Origin: a virus
Taxonomy: Duplodnaviria; Caudoviricetes
DNA length: 25,853 nt
Virus record (IMG/VR): IMGVR_UViG_3300020349_000029
Span: 1 to 25,853 of that record
Reading direction: 5' to 3' (one strand)
The notes below the pieces were generated by a model. It ran no database searches. It was not told the origin of the DNA and saw only the letters and a program-made list of their open reading frames with translations. How positions within the stretch are numbered: position 1 is the stretch's first letter; the number at the start of each line of letters is the position of its first letter. Below, piece by piece: positions 25,801 through 25,853 of the stretch. The translations under genes and the position numbers were made by a program.

Positions 25801-25853
25801 GTTCAAAATTAAAACGCTTACATTCTGCGATTTTTAAAAAGTAACTTTTTTAA

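Noticed and set aside
1-25853. tRNA, rRNA, CRISPR array, integrase or transposase
   Set aside because: No recognisable examples seen by eye.

Overview
AT-rich tailed-phage (podovirus-type) genome segment, probably from an aquatic proteobacterial phage; the host is an inference. Positions 1-2300 are a leftward early operon (72-aa ORF, ArdC/zincin anti-restriction protein, two unannotated small ORFs, a conserved 'YxHxDGYP' phage protein). It is punctuated by two complete type I hammerhead ribozymes on the minus strand (17-76 and 924-981). They show covarying stems, each has the upstream gene's stop codon built into stem I, and together they would excise a 907-nt three-gene RNA whose ends can re-form a chimeric hammerhead. 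Positions 2300-2650 are a divergent control region with DnaA-box pairs, GATTGCA repeats, an IHF site and a perfect 20-bp palindrome. Positions 2656-23879 are a rightward virion module: terS (no terL in the window), portal, scaffold, SU10-like major capsid, adaptor, tail fibres, a multi-holin cassette without a visible endolysin, a PD-(D/E)XK nuclease, tail tube/stabilisation protein, acetyltransferase, ejection proteins and a small lipoprotein. Positions 23900-25853 carry leftward genes including a GHKL-ATPase/HExxH protease fusion. The window appears to strongly avoid GCWGC and GATC.
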